A stretch of DNA of 63,708 bases, counting the filler, from an uncultured Rhodopirellula sp. (GTDB lineage Bacteria; Planctomycetota; Planctomycetia; Pirellulales; Pirellulaceae): assembly GCA_964007735.1 (NCBI GenBank). It is 3 parts of 3 records of this genome, joined end to end, with 100 filler letters (N's around TTAATTAATTAA, not from the genome) between each part and the next. Parts side by side here need not be neighbours in the genome. Positions count along the whole stretch, not along the records: positions 45,581 to 63,708 come from CAXGAI010000068.1; 2 more parts are not named here. The stretch is one strand, 5' to 3'. The notes beneath the pieces were generated by a model. It saw nothing but the letters and a program-made list of their open reading frames with translations. It did not search any database and was not told the DNA's origin. This document shows, piece after piece, positions 60,464 through 63,708 of the stretch (its first letter is position 1; each line of letters starts with the position of its first letter). A program made the translations under genes and the position numbers.

Positions 60464-61936
60464 TCAATCGGAATCGATCTCGCGAGTAACTATCGGGAGT
60501 TTTTCTAAACCAGCGAGTTCTTCTGGCGACACTACCATCAAACCATGCTCAGCAAGTTTGTTTCCCAGCGACGTGTCTAGTCTAAGTTCCGAATAGAAAT
60601 TGCGAATACCTGCGCTGATTTGTAGTGAGTAATCCGTTGTGTAATACGTATCGTCTTCATATTCGAATAAGTAAACACCACTTCTAACTTGCTTGAACCA
60701 TATTCTAAAATCACCTTCTGTAAAATCTTCCGGCTTTCTGAGCTGAAAATTAGCAAACGGCAGAGGGCGCCCAGAATTACTGCTGAGTGGCAATGCATTC
60801 GTATGTGTCCCTGCACGTCCGTGGCAAGATATGCACGAAGAAATAGGATTATCTACTGGTCCATTCAGCCTACCTCCAAGTCCAAAGTGGCGGACATAAG
60901 CCTTATCGTCGTAGTTATAGCCTTCAACCTCAACCAATGCATGATTTACTCTTGTATCATCCAAATAATGATTCAAGAAAACACCAGACTCATTAAACCG
61001 ACGCATTTCTTCCGAATCATCCCCCCATGCAATACCGACTGGAACTAATCTTTTCCACGCAGAATTTCCAGGAGATCCCGCATCATAAATGAAGGTTCCA
61101 AAAACCCAACCGGATTCTGCAGAAGCTCTAGGATCCTTGACTGCAATGTCAACCTGTAAAAGCCGCATCGTTTTATCAATTCTCGGCTGATTGTATCGAG
61201 TATCTGGATAGACGTTCGCTAACCACTCTACGGAATCTCGTAGAAATGGAACCTTATCGACCGGAGCATCAGTAAATAACAATTTGAATGTAACCGTATT
61301 GTCGGGAAATACAGCGTTTCTCGGTTCAGGAACTCCGGATGCTGTATTCCACACTCTACCGAGAGTGTATCCACCACGAATATTATAAAAACCAACCGCC
61401 CAGTTTTGTGCGCGAACGTCTTGAAGCGTATGCAGCTCAAACTCCCGAGATCTTCTTTCTCTTGTCATCCCACGGTGGAACTCACGACCGCCTCCAAATT
61501 CTTCTCCATCAGTATGCATCCACGGCGCGTGATACCACTTTCTGGTTGGATTCTCTTGAACCTTAAAGTTCACTTCGATATTTCCCTCTAAACAATAATC
61601 AAGCACAGATTTTGCATAAGCATATGGATGATTACGAAAATCAATATCCATCCACGGGAATTTTTCCGAGGGGGGATACTCTGTCGGGTAGTCCTGACTA
61701 AGTTCAAATGATTTCACTCCAGCTGGAGGGGGATAACGTGGCTCATAGCTCGGAAATTTAGCTAAAACTGACGTAAGTGCTGCCCTTTCTTCCTTCGGAA
61801 TCATCAACAACGCGGCTTCTGGATAACGAGTGATCATCTCTGCTTCGTCTCCAGCAAGCAATTCACTCGGGAGCGCAACCAGAAGAGCACTTACAAACAG
61901 AACCGGCAACAAACAAATACGAGTCAAAGTAGTCAT
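60464..61936 (-). CDS. secreted monoheme c-type cytochrome-like hypothetical protein
   Basis: Signal peptide; single CISCH; QVDIAVKDPR..SGWVFGTF. Confidence 0.7.
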   Translation of the reverse strand: MTTLTRICLLPVLFVSALLVALPSELLAGDEAEMITRYPEAALLMIPKEERAALTSVLAKFPSYEPRYPPPAGVKSFELSQDYPTEYPPSEKFPWMDIDFRNHPYAYAKSVLDYCLEGNIEVNFKVQENPTRKWYHAPWMHTDGEEFGGGREFHRGMTRERRSREFELHTLQDVRAQNWAVGFYNIRGGYTLGRVWNTASGVPEPRNAVFPDNTVTFKLLFTDAPVDKVPFLRDSVEWLANVYPDTRYNQPRIDKTMRLLQVDIAVKDPRASAESGWVFGTFIYDAGSPGNSAWKRLVPVGIAWGDDSEEMRRFNESGVFLNHYLDDTRVNHALVEVEGYNYDDKAYVRHFGLGGRLNGPVDNPISSCISCHGRAGTHTNALPLSSNSGRPLPFANFQLRKPEDFTEGDFRIWFKQVRSGVYLFEYEDDTYYTTDYSLQISAGIRNFYSELRLDTSLGNKLAEHGLMVVSPEELAGLEKLPIVTREIDSD

Positions 61937-62007
61937 AATGTTCCCCTGAAAAAGGTGAAGTGAGATTTCTTGAATTTTATCAGCCTGAAGCTGGTCCTAC
62001 AATTATT

Positions 62008-62035
62008 ATTCTTGATAAAATATATTATCATGAGT
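62008..62035. other. tyrosine-recombinase core site (dif/res-like, 11-6-11)
   Basis: ATTCTTGATAA-AATATA-TTATCATGAGT; arms match 9/11 as an inverted repeat. Confidence 0.7.
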
Positions 62036-62062
62036 AAATTGCTCGAACTTGGAGAACCATAG

Positions 62063-62353
62063 ATGACACACCCTGAAGGCACGACCATCGCGAGGATTAC
62101 AGCCTTGGCTCAATCTTTTCCATCCATTGCTGACGTCCAGGCTGTCAATGACTGGGATGCCCTGGCTCTTGATCGATGGGCCGGATCTGCGAGCCATGGT
62201 GAACGGCTGGCGATTCAATTTGTCCTGAGCGTTTGGGATTGCCATGAGAAATGGAGTTGCGGCACGTTTAATCCGGTTGAAGCTTACCGCACGTGGGATG
62301 ATGAACATTGGACTGCTTTCCAACGTTGGGTGGAGGCACCATACACATTATGA
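62063..62353 (+). CDS. Trp-rich 96-aa hypothetical protein coupled to the recombinase
   Basis: GGAG RBS; ATGA overlap with recombinase start. Confidence 0.7.
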   Translation: MTHPEGTTIARITALAQSFPSIADVQAVNDWDALALDRWAGSASHGERLAIQFVLSVWDCHEKWSCGTFNPVEAYRTWDDEHWTAFQRWVEAPYTL

Positions 62354-63354
62354 CCGACAACCCCGCCACACAATCCGTCATTTCAACTGCAAACCGAACC
62401 ACCGCTACGCGGGACAGTAGGAAAAGGAATTTGACTGCTGTTGAGTTCCTGGACTTGGCTGCTGTTCCTGCGGTCGGAATCTGGTTTGCCAATATCGACA
62501 ATCCCAACACCAGGCGAGCTTATCGCAATGATGTCGAGCATTTCATTGCATTTACGGGTATCGAAGATCCAGACGAGTTTCGTTTGGTCACACGTGCCCA
62601 TGTTCTGGCCTGGCGATCCGTTTTGGAACAAGAGAACCTGGCTCCGGCGACGATCCGGCGGAAACTCTCGGCACTGTCTTCGCTCTTCGATCACCTGTGC
62701 AACGAAAACACCGTGACGCACAACCCAGTCACCGGCGTGAAGCGGCCGACTGCCGATACCAACGAAGGCAAGACCCCTGCTCTCTCCGACGCCCAGGCTC
62801 GTGCCCTACTCAAAGCGCCTGAAGGTGACTCACTGAAAGCCAAACGCGATCGGGCCATCCTGGCAACTTATCTGTATCACGCCCTGCGGCGATCCGAAGT
62901 AGCCATGTTGACAGTCGGCAGCCTGGCTGAACGGCGCGGCGTCCCGCACCTGGTTGTTTTCGGGAAAGGTTCAAAGACCCGGTACGTTCCGGTGCATCCG
63001 GCGGCATTGTCGGCCATCAATGATTACCTGGTCGAAGCTGGTCATGGAAGTGACCGGACGGCTCCCCTCTTCCGTCCGGTCAAAAACAATCGCACCGGCA
63101 CGCTGGATCAAGCCATGACCGGTGATGGTATCGCCCGGATGCTCAAGCAATATGGTACTGCGGCCGGGATCAAGCTCGAAGGCTTGTGTTTGCATGCTCT
63201 GCGCGCTACGGCTGCCACCAACGCCCTGGAAAATGCAGCTGATATTGCTTACGTCCAAGCATGGCTTGGACACGCCAATATCAGCACTACCCGGCTGTAC
63301 GATCGACGTCAGTCACGACCGGAAGATTCGCCAACGTACAAAATCAATTACTGA
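62350..63354 (+). CDS. tyrosine recombinase/resolvase (XerD-like, plasmid/transposon type)
   Basis: N-terminal SAM-like domain ([20 protein letters not shown]); catalytic R (ALRRSE), K (GKGSK), HALR, LGH, Y (TRLYD). Confidence 0.93.
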   Translation: MTDNPATQSVISTANRTTATRDSRKRNLTAVEFLDLAAVPAVGIWFANIDNPNTRRAYRNDVEHFIAFTGIEDPDEFRLVTRAHVLAWRSVLEQENLAPATIRRKLSALSSLFDHLCNENTVTHNPVTGVKRPTADTNEGKTPALSDAQARALLKAPEGDSLKAKRDRAILATYLYHALRRSEVAMLTVGSLAERRGVPHLVVFGKGSKTRYVPVHPAALSAINDYLVEAGHGSDRTAPLFRPVKNNRTGTLDQAMTGDGIARMLKQYGTAAGIKLEGLCLHALRATAATNALENAADIAYVQAWLGHANISTTRLYDRRQSRPEDSPTYKINY

Positions 63355-63708
63355 TCTTTCCTTGGCTAGAATCCTCGCTGGGCGCTTTGTTGGCTTCATA
63401 ATCCATTTGTTGCTCAGCCTGAAACGTAACGTAGGCATCGCGAATACCAGGATTAATCACCGTGCTGCCACCGTAGTTACCATCTGGATGCTCATCGCTA
63501 AAAACGCTCATGCCGTTAATGTAATACACAAAAACCGCACCCTTCCCATTATCCTGATCTCTGGGGTCCTTGGGATCGTCAACTTTGCCCACAACATCTA
63601 CCCGGATCGATTTGTGATCCATGAGCCATTTTTGAACAGCGACGGATTTCTGAGCGGCCGCAGATGCATTTTTCTGGTCAGATGAAAAAGCAAGAACGAT
63701 CAACCCCT
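63344..63708 (-). CDS. hypothetical protein, 3' part (runs off window)
   Basis: Open frame converging on and slightly overlapping the recombinase. Confidence 0.5.
   Translation of the reverse strand, partial: GLIVLAFSSDQKNASAAAQKSVAVQKWLMDHKSIRVDVVGKVDDPKDPRDQDNGKGAVFVYYINGMSVFSDEHPDGNYGGSTVINPGIRDAYVTFQAEQQMDYEANKAPSEDSSQGKISN

Larger units (their letters stand above)
45581..63708. mobile_element. mobilizable element (plasmid or IME) fragment; ends not visible
   Basis: MOBP relaxase, MobC, VirD4, Toprim protein, tyrosine recombinase with core site; no housekeeping genes. Confidence 0.85.

Noticed and set aside
1..63708. CRISPR arrays, tRNA/rRNA genes, att direct repeats, and the many short antisense ORFs in the track
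   Set aside because: No repeat-spacer periodicity, cloverleaf or flanking direct repeats seen by eye; the antisense ORFs are shadows of well-supported genes

Overview
The window is a scaffold of three unlinked contigs (1-23173, 23274-45480, 45581-63708) joined by artificial 100-bp spacers (N44-TTAATTAATTAA-N44). Contigs 1 and 2 are typical Planctomycetota chromosome. They carry several planctomycete cytochrome-c (PSCyt/PSD; DUF1549/1553, DUF1592) genes paired with DUF1501/DUF1552 genes, a ThuA-discoidin-PVC heme-binding protein, a sulfatase, an esterase, a Ser/Thr kinase, an SF2 helicase, MacAB-like efflux parts, an SPFH gene with an Arc-like repressor and an MlrC peptidase. Contig 3 is a mobilizable element (plasmid or IME). 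It has a MOBP relaxase and MobC next to a hairpin-dense oriT-like region, a VirD4 coupling protein without visible VirB genes, a DUF3991-Toprim protein, and a tyrosine recombinase with an adjacent dif-like 11-6-11 core site. Its most unusual parts are (i) an HsdM-like 'half' methyltransferase lacking catalytic motif IV, ending in a beta-clamp-like motif (QLKLF) and preceded by an ssDNA-promoter-like hairpin, (ii) an unannotated promoter/microprotein/terminator cassette ahead of virD4, (iii) two paralogous secreted Sel1-repeat genes and (iv) a large secreted monoheme protein with cytochrome P460-like motifs. The start of contig 2 looks like an assembly chimera (CnoX/YbbN fragment fused to DUF1501). 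All family calls are from motif recognition by eye; no database searches were run.
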